64,000 bases of DNA from Eledone cirrhosa (lineage: Eukaryota), in the NCBI GenBank assembly GCA_964016885.1, contig OZ024740.1:204972001-205036000 (forward strand). Reading direction: 5' to 3'. The first letter of the stretch is position 1; every line of letters starts with the position of its first letter. A program made the position numbers and the translations under genes. This document shows positions 1 through 12,019 of this stretch, piece after piece. Below the pieces are notes generated by a model. That model saw only the letters and a program-made list of their open reading frames with translations. It searched no databases and had not been told where the DNA came from.

Positions 1-59
1 AATATATACAATTATATATTTTCCATGTAAAATAAATTATATCGCAAGCAGCACTGGAA

Positions 60-262
60 CCTCTCTAATTATTTTTTAGGCAAGCCAGCACGCTCGCAGC
101 ATTACCTCGGGTGATGGCGAGGCTGAATTGCTGAAACAGCCAAACGAATTCACAGTTACTTCGGTTAGGCGAGCCGCCAGTTATGACAAGAGCCTCGCAA
201 TCAGTAGCCCAACTTCCCCAAACATCTCGAACGCCACAGAGCATAATTGGTTTTATTTTATG
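60..262 (-). mobile_element. 3' fragment of a CRE-type (RLE endonuclease) non-LTR retrotransposon
   Basis: The minus strand encodes FEMFGEVG...RLTEV...FQQFSLAITRGNAASVLAC with breaks. It aligns by eye with 26560-26770. Confidence 0.7.
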
Positions 263-424
263 TCTAGTTTATGTATTAGCTAAGTAAGGTTCAGTGTAGT
301 TTTATGGGTTACGTTTGTTTGAGTCCGTGGACAGCGTTGGTGTAGTTTTGATTTGTTTACGTTTAAGTTAAGGCAATTATGTCATAGTTCTTCTTCACAC
401 ATAGTTATAGTCATAGATACATAT

Positions 425-605
425 ATATGATAAGATTCAGGCTCCCGACGGCTGTTTCGACAGCTAGATACGAACTCTGTCGAAATGGCCGGAGCTCAGC
501 AGTCGGGGACCTGAATCTTTTCATATTACCCACTCTACTACCCTAAGTATCGAGTACTCTGGTGGGTTATGGTCTAGCTGGTTTTTACCACACCCTATCT
601 GATAC
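425..605. repeat. Hairpin element (inverted repeat 427-525 plus actc...gagtactct tail) between short TA/CA runs
   Basis: tatgataagattcaggctcccgac pairs with gtcggggacctgaatctttttcata. The tail motif is shared with 3052-3082, 4093-4120 and 23463-23510. Confidence 0.55.
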
Positions 606-829
606 ACACACACATATGCACTCCCCAACTCCAACCACATTCCCAGAGTGCTCTGGGCCATTTTTGTCGTGACACCTACAGGACCACTTTACAGTATGAA
701 CTTGGTGTTTTTGGTCGTGACACCTACACAACTACTTTACAGTGTGGCCTGGGGGGGGGGGTTGGAGAGGTAAATCTAGCGTGGAGCATTTATCAGGTGA
801 GGGGTGGATCAAGAGTGTTAGGATGCTGG

Positions 830-2420
830 AGGTGTATATAAGAGGGATGTAATGGAGAGTAGTGCATACTAGATGTATGCTTCAACCTGTGCACATGGGA
901 AAGCCAGCCTTTTGTATTACTGCATAACGCCAGAAATCTCAATATTGTGTCATCGTATTTGAGAGGTGTAATTGTGCAAGGTCAACTTTTATCACCTCAT
1001 CCCAAATCTTCCTAGGTCTTCCTTTTCCATAGCTTCCATCAACTTTGAGTACCCTCTACCTTTTTATACAGCTGTCATCTGGCATATGTATCACATATCC
1101 ATACCAACGCAATCTCCTCTTCTGCCCAGTTACTCTCTCAGTCATGCCCTGCCGTTCACGTATATTACTATTACACATCTGTTGAAGAATGCCAGCACAC
1201 AGCACCCAGGTCTTACCACCATGCAACATTGCTGTTCGTATACACGCATAATACAACCTACCTTCCATTTTGAGGGAAAAATTTTGTAGGTAGCAGCAGT
1301 AGTAGCTCCCTGAACTTTTTCCATCCTATTCTCACTCTGGCTACTGTACTTTCAAAACACCCACCTCCACTGCTAATTTGGTCACCTAAGAATTTGATAG
1401 CACTTGTTTCCTGTGAGTGTTTGTTACTTACTGCTCCTGTGCAATGGTCACAAGTAAAACTCCTCACTATAGTCATTATTAATTCTAACCTTGCTGACAG
1501 CACCTCTGTACATGGCCTGTACCACCCTCACTAGCCACACTTCTACTCCTAGGTTCCTAAGTACCCACGAGATTACAGAATGGAGAATTCTGTCAAAAGC
1601 TTTCTCTAAGTCAACAAATGCTAAGTAGAGGGGTTTGCTTTTAGCTAAATACACCTGCAGTTGCCTCACAAGGAAGAAGGCATCCATAGTACTCTTTCCT
1701 GGGACAAATCTGAACTAGGTTAATAATCCAGGTTAATTCAATCTCTAATCAATTGTACAATGACTCTTTCTGTAACTTTCATGACCTGGTTCGTCAGATT
1801 GATTCCACGATAGTTCCTCTGTCTAGTGCATCACCTTTGCGCTTGAAGCAGTTGATGATGATGTGGCTATGCCAATCATTGCGTGTGACACTATTTTGTA
1901 TTTCTTGATTAACAATATAGGTGGTTAAGGTGTATCCTACTGTCCCAGTTGTTTTCAGCATCTCAGCAACTATTCCTGATGGCCCAGCTGCTTTGTCTGT
2001 TTCCATGTCCTTAATTGCCTTACTTACTACACTACTACTAACTTGTACTGTTGGTCCCTCTGTAGGGTCCACCTGGAACTGGCTATCTTCTTTCCAAAGA
2101 TTCTTCTCATTCATCAGTGTCACATAATGACACTCCCATGCTGCCTTCTTAGTGGTTTCAGTGAGGGCAAGTGCACCATTGTCAGGCCTGAACACACTTC
2201 TCTCTGATAACATCATTATTTTCTCTGACACACTTTCTTGTGATCCTAAATACCTGGCGTCTTTAGTCATCATGCTGCATAACATGCATAAATTTCTTAC
2301 TTTCTGCTTCCCTCTTTGCAAAGTATACTTGTCATCTCGCCTCTTTTCTTGTCACTTGGCACCTCTGTACATGGCTAGTTCTGCCCTCACTAGCCACTCT
2401 TCTTCTCTTATTTTCCTAAG
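830..2420 (-). mobile_element. Degenerate RTE-clade LINE (reverse transcriptase region)
   Basis: ORF pieces KAAGPSGIVAEMLK, LYLAFVDLEKAFDR, RVRIGWKKFRELL, RLRWYGYV with frameshifts and stops. Confidence 0.85.
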
Positions 2421-2695
2421 TGCTCACCAGATTACTGAAAGGGAGATAAATTTTAAATATCTCATAACCAATGAAGGTCATCATCGCAGGCCCGTCGCCA
2501 GGGTGTTACTAATGGTGGGACATAAAGTCTAATGGAGAGGGGTATCAAGCCTGAAGAGTGACTTGTTGGTAGAAGTGCATTTTCTCACATTAAAATTAGC
2601 TCATATCACATTCACAATGATGACAACGACAAATAATTTTCCGATTGGCTTGCATCATGGAGACTGCATGCCCTGCTTTCCAAGTCACCCCTCAC

Positions 2696-2729
<34 letters not shown>

Positions 2730-3044
2730 CAGAGAAAAAAGAGAATCCGTTTTGCGACGAAAGAAATTTATTGGACATATTACAATTGTTTCTCGGGAGA
2801 CCAGCTCGAGGCACGATCGATGTGGTGATCAAACCTGACTCTGAAATAACGCGGTTCTCGGACATGTCTCGATTCTACAAAGCAGATTTTCTGCTTCGTA
2901 GAATCGAGATGTATCCGAGGACCGTGCGATTTCAGAGTCAGGTTTGATCACCACATCGATCGTGCCTCGAGCTGGTCTCCCGAAAAACAATTGTAATATG
3001 TCCAATAAATTCCTTTTGTCACAACACTGATTCTTTTTTTTCTG
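2730..3044. repeat. Near-perfect long palindrome (~157-bp arms, ~3-nt loop at ~2888)
   Basis: The two arms read as reverse complements, including a perfect stretch gggagaccagctcgagg...gactctgaaat. Flanked by TA microsatellites. Confidence 0.95.
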
Positions 3045-3179
3045 TGATATAATACTCTGCTCTACGAGGGCATCGAGTGCTCATACGGCCTACCACATAC
3101 GGACGCTTTTAGCATCCAACACCAATTATATATATATACATACTATAACTAGCAAACGTCTTTTTTGTTGTTGTTTCAG

Positions 3180-3264
3180 CTCTACGTAGCTTTGAGCCTG
3201 TTGCTGAAGAAATCAATTTTCGCTGACACTCAAGATCCTGAGGTCTTACGAAAACTTTTTCCTG
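3180..3264 (+). CDS. COMMD9: COMM domain-containing protein 9, internal exon (LYVALSLLLKKSIFADTQDPEVLRKLFP); upstream exons lie outside the window
   Basis: ttgtttcag acceptor and G|gtaagt donor. Translation resembles the COMMD9 helical region ending LFP. Phase 1 matches the next exon. Confidence 0.85.
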
Positions 3265-3570
3265 GTAAGTTAAAATTCAAAGCAGAATTTGAATAAATGC
3301 ATTGCACTTGACTAACTACTGTGGACTATATATATATGTGTATATATACAAACGTACACACACATTTATGTTCATATCTATAAATATATGTATATAAATA
3401 TATATATATATGTTTTGTTCTTGTTTTTGATATGCCCGCTGTCAAAGGGATATTCATTTGGGTTAGAGCAAGCATATGCCACATCACACTGGCACTGGCT
3501 GGTTAGAGATAGAGGAGAGGGAACTGCTGTGGTGGCGCCTCTTTAACTAACCAGCGCCGGAAAGTATAAT

Positions 3571-3574
<4 letters not shown>

Positions 3575-3623
<49 letters not shown>

Positions 3624-3648
3624 TACATATATACATATATGTATATAT
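3575..3648. repeat. (TA)n / TACA microsatellite
   Basis: Direct reading. Confidence 0.95.
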
Positions 3649-3954
3649 AGAAGTCTACAACTTCTTTTATACCATTAACGTGGTTCTGTCTTTGCACGTA
3701 ATTGTTTTTCACCGCTCCAAATAATGACGTATTATATTCGTTTTTTCCCGTTCATTGCCAGCGAACGTTTCCACGAACCAAAGTGTCGTCTTCCTGTCTT
3801 CCTCCGGTTGCAACGTTTTTTGAAATATTCACTTCTGCGTTTACAGATTGACTTTGTTAGTTTCAGAAGATCCCGTTAAGGGTGAAAGCAGCGATTCTTT
3901 GCTTAAACTTTAATCGGTTATTTTAATAAATATATATATATACATATATATAAT

Positions 3955-4160
3955 TACTAGAACAGCGCCATACGAAATACGTTTCGTTAGCACTAAGGAC
4001 TAACTTGTTCAACCTGTGCTGATGAACAAATTGCTACGAAACGTTCGTACCTGCTATGGTGCCGTTGTAACTGACCTTAATAATTATATTCAAACTCGCC
4101 CTACAAATTTGAGTTGCTCTATACCTTGAATGTTTTTTACCTACCCATTACTACTACTAT
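3955..4160. repeat. Hairpin element with hammerhead-like core motifs, probably a Penelope-like remnant
   Basis: Inverted gtttcgttagca / tgctacgaaac; CTGATGA...CGAAACGTTCGTA; tail gagttgctcta. Confidence 0.45.
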
Positions 4161-5011
4161 ATATAGATAGGGAGAGAAAGAGAGAGGTTTGGCTCTGCAA
4201 ATGGAAGAAACAAAATTCATTTACTTTGGTAAAGTGATATATGTATAATATACATCATTTATTTTGTTTTTACCTGTTTAGCTTGATTTGGTTTTTGGCT
4301 TGGGTGGTTAATGCCTTCTTGACCACCTTTTCAGTTTTGTATGGCTTCTTAACACATTGTTTAGCTCTGGTTTTTAACTATTGAGCACTTTGCCAGTATC
4401 ATTTCTGATTTTTGCATTTCGCTTCGCCTTTCCTGCCCGCCGAAATGCGATTCTCGCTGAATCTTTATTTGTGTTACATATATATTATATACATTGTATA
4501 TATTACAGCTTCCCAACAATGTGTATAGATATAATCGTGAATTCGTAAGAAAATATATAACAAGGAGTTGCCTCCCCTATACCTCTGGTTGACAAACTCA
4601 AATTATTTCTTATTTCTCGTATATTCCTCATCCCTTGTTAATTCCTTGAAGATATGTCGCTTCCTCTGTTCCGTTGACGGAATATAAATAATAATAAATA
4701 AATAAATAAAGCCCATGTATGGCGCCTTGTGTCCATCAAAACGAAAGAATGTTCATAAATACTCTAATCGTTTATTCATATGTAAGATTTTGAAATGGTA
4801 ACATTTTCTGAAAAGGTAAGATTTGGTCTGAAAGACAACGCAGGAGGTGCAGTTCGTATAGACAGAGGAGGCCTCAAAGTGTTCCGTTGACTCTCATGAT
4901 GTGGCGCCGATTGTCGCACTTGGTGGTGAATTAATGGTCGTTTTGTTTAATCTTATATATTTATTAAGTATTGTATATATTATTTGTGTAAGAATTATAA
5001 ATAATTTGTAA

Positions 5012-5167
5012 CACCATGCTTTGCAACATAGAGTTACGACCCTTTACTTTAAGTTCAAATCTCGCCGAAGTTAACTTTGCCTTTCAACCTTGTGGGGGTC
5101 GATAAAATAAAGCACCAGTAATGCACTGGGGTAATTGCCAGACTTGAGTCCATAGTAGAAACAATTA
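5012..5167 (+). mobile_element. tRNA-derived SINE family 1, 5'-truncated
   Basis: B-box-like agttcaaatc plus the shared body gcctttc...ggggtcgataaaataaag.accagtaatgcactggg. Confidence 0.8.
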
Positions 5168-7144
5168 TTTTTATATATAAGAATTATTAATAATTTGTAA
5201 TTTTATTTATACAATTGTGAAATTCTAATCACAAGGTCCTGGGTTCTAAAACTACATTCATTGTTATTTCTCCAAACTTACACATGTTTAATTCTGTACG
5301 TCTCCTATACATATATTTTGAACACTTATGTAATTATAACCGAGGAGGGCCATTCCTGAGAGCTGGAGCTGACTTATAAAAAGCTCAGTTACCGCAGTTC
5401 TCCGTTTTCATGCTTGGTACCACGAGGTATCCTTTGCATCTTGATTAGAAACAAACTGGTAACTCTTTTACACAAAGCAGTTCACCTCTGCATTGAGGAG
5501 GATTAAGCCCATGTACAGCTTTGAATGTATGCAATAAGATTTTGGTAGAGGATTTCTACATATTCACTCTTTCTCATTCGATGTGATACATCAATGCTCA
5601 CATGCACTTGATAAAACAACAATAGATGTTATAAGCAGAAATGCTTCGCTTGATATATAAGCTCGCACTCTTTAACCTGATGTTCTCCACTATTATTTAC
5701 TAACTTTCTAATTAATAGAGTCACTGAACTGAGTCATTATTAATCAATGAATGAACATCGATGTAGTCACTCGCTCTGCTAGAAATAACAGCAAATTTCT
5801 TATCTAATCACACCGTCTGAGATAGTTAGACATGCATTCAGTGGTTAATTTATTCTGGAAGTTCTCACCTAAACCTGTACAGTATTATTCAGTTGACATT
5901 CTGTTGGGCTCCATGTAAATATTTTCAGCACGGATGAGAGATAAAAAGAGACAATTTATAGTTGCTAGAATTTTTGTTAACACGCTGACGCATATGTGTA
6001 TATGTGTATGTATGTGCATATGCATACATTTATATGTACAAGTATATAAATATAAATGCGCAAACACAGACACAAAAATACACACTCGCACAAATACACA
6101 TACATTCACACAAACAAACACACACGTACATTTACACACATACACTCTCACACAGTGTAACAAATAAAACAGCAATCGCTGTTTTGCTATAGTTTTTTCA
6201 ACGGAAGTCTATCAAATTTATATATAGATAACGTGTGTGTGTGTGTATGCATTCGTACGTGCACGCCTGCGTATGGAAGGTCGTATATGTTTCTATGATT
6301 AGTCTGCAGCTAATTTATAAAACCAAACAAAAAGTAGGCTGCAGTAGGTTCACGACAATAGATATAGTAATTTACAGTTCGTGTGGGAAAATCTGTAAAT
6401 CTGTTGATGAAGTATAATGGCGTCCCTACGAGTTCATAATGAGTTATGTGTTCAGTGCTCATTGATTGTTTTGCTGATAGTTTCTATGCTACTGTCTTCA
6501 TTGCTTTCCTCTATCGCCTGTTGTATTGATAACTTTTATTAAACAACGAAGCTATTATTTTTTTGTGTTTGTCGAGCATGCCCAGGAAACAAATCATGTG
6601 TTTATTGCTTGGGTGACATGTTTTCATAGAAAGAATTATTTACATTTCAAAAATATTGAAAATCTTTTCATAAGGTCTCATAACTTTATTATAAATAATT
6701 ACGAGTTATGCCCCTTGGAAACATATTTGGGGGGGGGGGGGGCTATTACGAATGAAAGTATTTTGTGGGTAATATTTTAATTTTATTAGTTTCACAATTT
6801 TTTTTAGTCAACCTGAGTACTCATGTTTAAGACTGGTACTTATTATATCGTTTTCTATTTAACTTAACGCTCTGACGAGTCTGTTAATATATATTTATTT
6901 AATAATTAGCGTTGGTATAAATTTCTCTTACTACAATACCCCATCTTCACTTGTTTGGTATGGCAGAATATATATATTCATACCTATTGTGTCTATCCCT
7001 GTTCCTCTCCTAGGTCTACACAGCTTCTATCACCACTTTCATTTCTCAGTTGGATTCTAATGCATCACTGGCATCTTCCACTCTTCATTTCCTTCCTGTG
7101 ACACATATGACCAAAATTAATTTTTGTTACTTTACCTTTTTCAG

Positions 7145-7234
7145 CAAATTTTCATAATAATTTAAAAGAACTTCTAATGAAAATCATGATTGACAATTAT
7201 TCAAACTGGAGGGAAGCTTCTATAAAGAATCAAG
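7145..7234 (+). CDS. COMMD9: COMMD9 exon (ANFHNNLKELLMKIMIDNYSNWREASIKNQ)
   Basis: tttttcag acceptor and G|gtagga donor. Matches the remembered COMMD9 segment NFHQNLKNLLTKIILEHVSTWRTEAQANQ. Phase 1-1. Confidence 0.92.
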
Positions 7235-7497
7235 GTAGGAAAACTTTTGAAACATTTGGTATTTAATACTTTACAATTAAATCATCATCATCGTCGTTTA
7301 ACGTCCATTTTCCATGCCAGCATGGGTTAGATGTGTTGCCCCGTTGTGAGACAGGCCAGCTCCGATGACCATGACTTGCTCACACAGGACTGGTTTTGGC
7401 TTGGTTTCTATGACTGGATGCCCTACCTAACATCAAGCACATTTACAGCGTAGGCTGGGTGCTTTTTGTTGTGACACCTACATGACCACTTTACAGT

Positions 7498-7689
7498 GTG
7501 GACTACATACATAAGGAACTAGTGGAGGAGGTTAGATGCTACCGGCTGGATATAGTCGAGGTTTCCTCAACAAAGTTCTGTGGCTCTGATTTGGATAGAG
7601 GATGGAAACTCCACTATTCAGGTAAAGCGCCAGGAATGTCTGCTCAGGTGGGAGTGGGGATACTCACAAGCCCACGGCTGTTAGAATGA
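7498..7689 (+). mobile_element. RTE LINE endonuclease fragment
   Basis: LDIVEVSSTK...GWKLHYSG...AQVGVGILTSPRL; same family as the 34250 element. Confidence 0.7.
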
Positions 7690-7747
7690 AAAGATATTTC
7701 TCATTTCAAAAAATATATTTAACTTCCTATTTTACATTTCTTGTCAG

Positions 7748-7851
7748 TATCACTGCCACATCTCATTGATTTTGACTGGAGGGTTGACTTAAAAGCTGCT
7801 TCTAACACTATCTCAAGAATGTCTGTACCCACATGCTTAGTGCAGTTTGAG
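7748..7851 (+). CDS. COMMD9: COMMD9 exon, start of the COMM domain (VSLPHLIDFDWRVDLKAASNTISRMSVPTCLVQFE)
   Basis: ttgtcag acceptor and gtaagc donor. Carries the canonical COMM motif LPxLxDxDWRVD...SRMxVPTCL. Confidence 0.95.
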
Positions 7852-9022
7852 GTAAGCAAATATTATCTACTGTATATACTTATGTAAAAAGATGAATTTT
7901 TAAAAATATTTTTTTTGTTAAATTTAGCGGATCAACTATATTACATGGATACTACTTTCAAAGGGCTGAAATTCATACAACAATCCAAAATACTATATCA
8001 AGAAGCTGAAATATGAATAAAAATGAATAAAAATCTAAATGAATAAAAACAAAAATCATTAATTAGAGTAATGATACTGATGTTTCTATGCTTCAAAACA
8101 CATAAAGAAAGCTGTGTAGCCCTTATCAATATTTTCACTTGTTTACATTAATACATAATTGCATAGTAAAATTAATTTCCTCTCCACAACATTTTATGTT
8201 CAGGATAATACCTTGATTCACAAATGCATATCTGTTGACTGTGAAGATCTAGGGTCAACTTTTGCACGAGATACATGGAAAAATTCCCGCCTTTTGGGCA
8301 AAAAATAGTGGGACTGACTTTTATGAGTATAAACATCATCATCATCATTGTTTAACGTCCATTTTCCACTTTAGCATGGGTTAGACAGTTGGGTCAGGTG
8401 ACCATGTTTTACTCATATAAGACTGTTTCTGGTTAGGTTTCTACATCTGGATGCCCTTCCTAACACCAACCATATTTACAGTAGTAATTTAGTTCTTGTG
8501 CTAACTTTAAGTAACCTGAATAAACTTTTACCTCACTCTTTGGCACACTAAGTGTTCCTTAAGAAAAAGAACAAATCTACTGTGGATAGATCAAATCTTG
8601 TGAGATTAAACTGTAGTTTTCCAAGAAATGGTTTGTTTAACGCTAACCTAGAACAAGCAAGTTAGATGTGACAAAATAATTGAAAATCAAGGATTTGGAA
8701 GAGGTTTTGCAAAATAACTAAATTCTCCATTATTAAGCTGGTATTTCAAACCTCACTCAACAAAAGATTCTTTCATAAAATTATGAGGGAATGTTTCAAT
8801 TTAAATATAAACACATTAAAATGAGCAGTTTTGTATTGTAGAAACAGGACTGATTTCATTGGGTTTGGTATTAAAAGGGTTCATCTTCTGAAAGTTGAAA
8901 TATCAAATCCAATCTATTCAACAAAAAATACTGAATTATATTGAATATAGCCAACGAAATTATATGTTATCTGCATGTACTGCAAAGTTAACCCCTGCTT
9001 TATCAGGGAAAATAGTTTTTAA

Positions 9023-9225
9023 CCCTTTAGCATTTACTGTACTCTATATTTACTATTGTATTTTTACGGTAATTATCTCACATAATATTGAAGCTACGAG
9101 ATTTTGATGTTATTTATTTTGAGAACAATGCCTTAACGTTGGTATGAGTGGCCGGTTACGACTGGTTTGAACAGAAAGAGGTGAGAGAAATCTGGCCAGA
9201 TATGGCCGGTTTAATTGCTAAAGGG
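9023..9225. mobile_element. piggyBac-type MITE family A (~200 bp)
   Basis: TTAA|CCCTTTAGCATTT ... TTGCTAAAGGG|TTAA, with homologous copies elsewhere in the window. Confidence 0.9.
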
Positions 9226-9312
9226 TTAAAACATGTTATTAAAGTAACTGACGTAACTGAACATCTTGTGATGAAATGGTTTATTTTTTATTTGATTTAT
9301 ATTTCACTTCAG

Positions 9313-9456
9313 ATGCAAGATGTTGGCAATAGATCCGTAACAGCTGCACCAGTGAGATATGCAAATGTTGAACTGTCTAAAGAAACTTTAAATACAATGT
9401 TAGATGGCCTTTCAAAGATTCGAGACCAGCTGTCATCTGTTGCAAAACAAGGTTAA
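9313..9456 (+). CDS. COMMD9: COMMD9 terminal coding exon (MQDVG...VELSKETLNTMLDGLSKIRDQLSSVAKQG*)
   Basis: cacttcag acceptor. ELSKETLxTMLDGLxxIRDQLS is the COMMD9 C-terminus. AATAAA at 9523-9528. Confidence 0.95.
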   Translation: MQDVGNRSVTAAPVRYANVELSKETLNTMLDGLSKIRDQLSSVAKQG

Positions 9457-10239
9457 ACAAGAGAATGTTTTCAAAGTCAATATTCACCAAGAAGGATTCT
9501 AAATATTTTTGATGTCTGAGAGAATAAATGAATTGTAAAATATATTCTCTAATTTATTATGTTCAAATTCAAATTTTTTAGTAATTTCTTTGTTTAATAA
9601 ATTCTTCTTTTTCATTTTTCAGTAGCTAAATGCTGTTATTTTATTTCTGTAAAATACATATAGAAGATATATTGTTATAACTTCCAATAGTTTTGTCTTC
9701 CTACTTGTTGATATCAGCATTAAATAAATAATTTTCAGTTGGTAATGTCATGTAAAAAATATATCAAATAATGGCTTCAACTTCAAGTATATTGCTTTCT
9801 TGCTACTCTGGACTAAACATTGTAGATGAGTTGCAGTGTGATTCCTCAGTGATCAGCTCACAGAAAGTACAACAACAATTTTGACATGAGGAAATAAATG
9901 ATAAATATAAAGTCAACAGATTTTGTTTGTTTTTAAATGGCTATGATGATTCTTCCACATTGTAATTGTTTTAGTTTCAACTGTCTCAGCTCAAGTTACT
10001 TGCTAGACAATTACAACTCCAAAGTAGTTATACATTATTTTATATATATGGTCATATACATTGGATATATGACTGATATGAGGAGATAGGATGGTGTTAA
10101 ATAGTGTGGAATGTCTCTACTATTCATTAACATCGTCATAAATTTGGATAACTGCAAAAAATTCATAATAAAATAAAGTAAATAAATATAAAAAATAGCG
10201 TGGAAGATAGACGTTAAACGATGATGATGATGATGATGA

Positions 10240-10590
10240 TATTATATCGTAAAATAGTAGGAATCTCGAATGCGGAAATAGCTGTTACGATGATCATAGC
10301 AAAGAGTCAGGTTAAACAAAACCTCGTAATGAACAGATGAGTCGTCAGAGAAGAGAGAGAAAATGAAAAGAATAGAGCATGTAGCATATGATAAGGGCTG
10401 CTACGATGATCATAGTAAAGAGTCGGGTTAAACAAAACCTCTTTCCTTTTGTTCTCTCTCTCTTCTCTGATTGCTCTACCATTCATTAAGAGGTTGTGTT
10501 TAACCCAACTCTTTGCTATGATCATCATAGCAGCTGGCTGTTTTACAGCTATTTCTGTGTTTGGAATTCCTACAATTTTACAAAATATTT
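10240..10590. repeat. Foldback/inverted-repeat element with an internal extra copy; its right end is tandemly duplicated to ~10710
   Basis: 10240-10372 is the reverse complement of 10441-10588. 10398-10441 repeats part of the left arm. 10542-10610 resembles 10641-10711. Confidence 0.8.
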
Positions 10591-10819
10591 ATATACTCAA
10601 CACTCCAAATCATTTTATATCATGTTTACATACATATACATTTTACAGCTATTTCTGCTTTCAAAATTCCTACAATTTTACAAAATATTTACACACTCAG
10701 TGCTCCAAATCCTAAATATATAATATTTTAAAACAAAACTTTCCATCATTTTTATCAGTCCAAATTTAGTACTTCACAGGTTGAAGATGGTGTTCAATAT
10801 CCTGTCTTGCTAATTGAGC

Positions 10820-11170
10820 CTTGTAGAAGTGGCAGAGTTATCTATCATGTTATGGGTAAACTGTATGATGCCTGCATAAGAATCATAATGTTATATGGCA
10901 GTGAGACATGGGCAGTGAATGCAGAGGATATGCAAATGTTGAAGAGAAATGAATCAAGCATACTCCAATGGATATGTAATGTTAGTGTGCATGAATGGTA
11001 AAGCATGGATAAGTTGAGAGAAAAACTGGATATAAGATGAATCAGATGTAGTGTGCAAGAGAAAAGATTACACTGGTTAGGACATATGATACATATGGAT
11101 AATGATCGTTGGGTGAAGAAGTACTAGGCATTCCAAGTGGAAAATAAGCATGAAAACTGATCCCAAGAAA
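10820..11170 (+). mobile_element. RTE LINE 3' fragment
   Basis: GKLYDACIRIIMLYGSETWAV...RLHW*GH, homologous to the 830-2420 element. Confidence 0.8.
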
Positions 11171-12019
11171 CTGAAGCTCACTAAGGAAATAAAAACAAAA
11201 CAAAAGGAGAGATACTGTACTGGAGAGGGCTAATGTAAGTCATTATAGCAGGAAATAAATGGAAAAATAAGTAGAGATATATTGGAAATGACTCATCTAA
11301 CCCATTAGAGCATGAGAAAACCAACATAAAAATAATGATGATGATTTTCACAAAGAGAAATGTTTTAAAAACAGTAGCATGATACAATTTAAGTTTTAGT
11401 ATAAAGTCTCTTTCTCTGTAATCAAACACTATAATGATATAGTTTACCAAATTACCAAACAACTTGGTTATTAGTCTCAACAATGTTCAGAATTGATAAC
11501 TCTATTGATTCTAAGCTTTAACCCTATCACGGCCATATTTCTAATGAAATATACTGCCTATGTGTTCCAGTGAATTTTGTAAATAAGCAAACATTTGGAG
11601 GAATTTATTAAAATAACTAAGTTTTTCGCTAGTAAAGTGATATTTAGAACTTACATAAAAAAACTTTCTAAAATAAAATTATGATTGAAGGTTTTAATAA
11701 AACGAATCCCATTTGAAGCAGGCACTATTTGAAACTGAACTGATACTCTCCCATAAAAGAGGATGTCAGAAAGAGAACCTAAGGCTTTCTTTAAATTTGT
11801 AAAAGAGACTGTCTTGGTATCCTCCAGGATAGAGCCACTTTTACATAAACTTATAAATCCAGCTTCATATGGTTTGGTATCATTATGGTTAAGTGTGATA
11901 CCTGGATCTTGATATTTTCAGAATAGATATATATGAACCCATATACAATATGTTTATGTCTCAGTTAAAATTTTAAGCTATTACTGTCATTACGGATCAA
12001 ATGAATTCACCAGTTAAAA

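Noticed and set aside
80-283. Open + strand frame after a ttttttag, as a possible COMMD9 exon
   Set aside because: It has no COMMD9 similarity and is the antisense of a CRE retrotransposon fragment.
5325-5540. Tc1/mariner transposase fragment (EWPSS-like on the minus strand)
   Set aside because: Too degenerate to support beyond one short motif.
5885-6417. ORFs rich in C/V/Y/I/H/T (also 3503-3712, 13923-14114, 20887-21204)
   Set aside because: They are translations of CA/TA microsatellite-like sequence.
9148-9312. N-terminal part of the 102-aa ORF 9148-9456
   Set aside because: It is MITE and intron sequence; only 9313-9456 is the COMMD9 exon.
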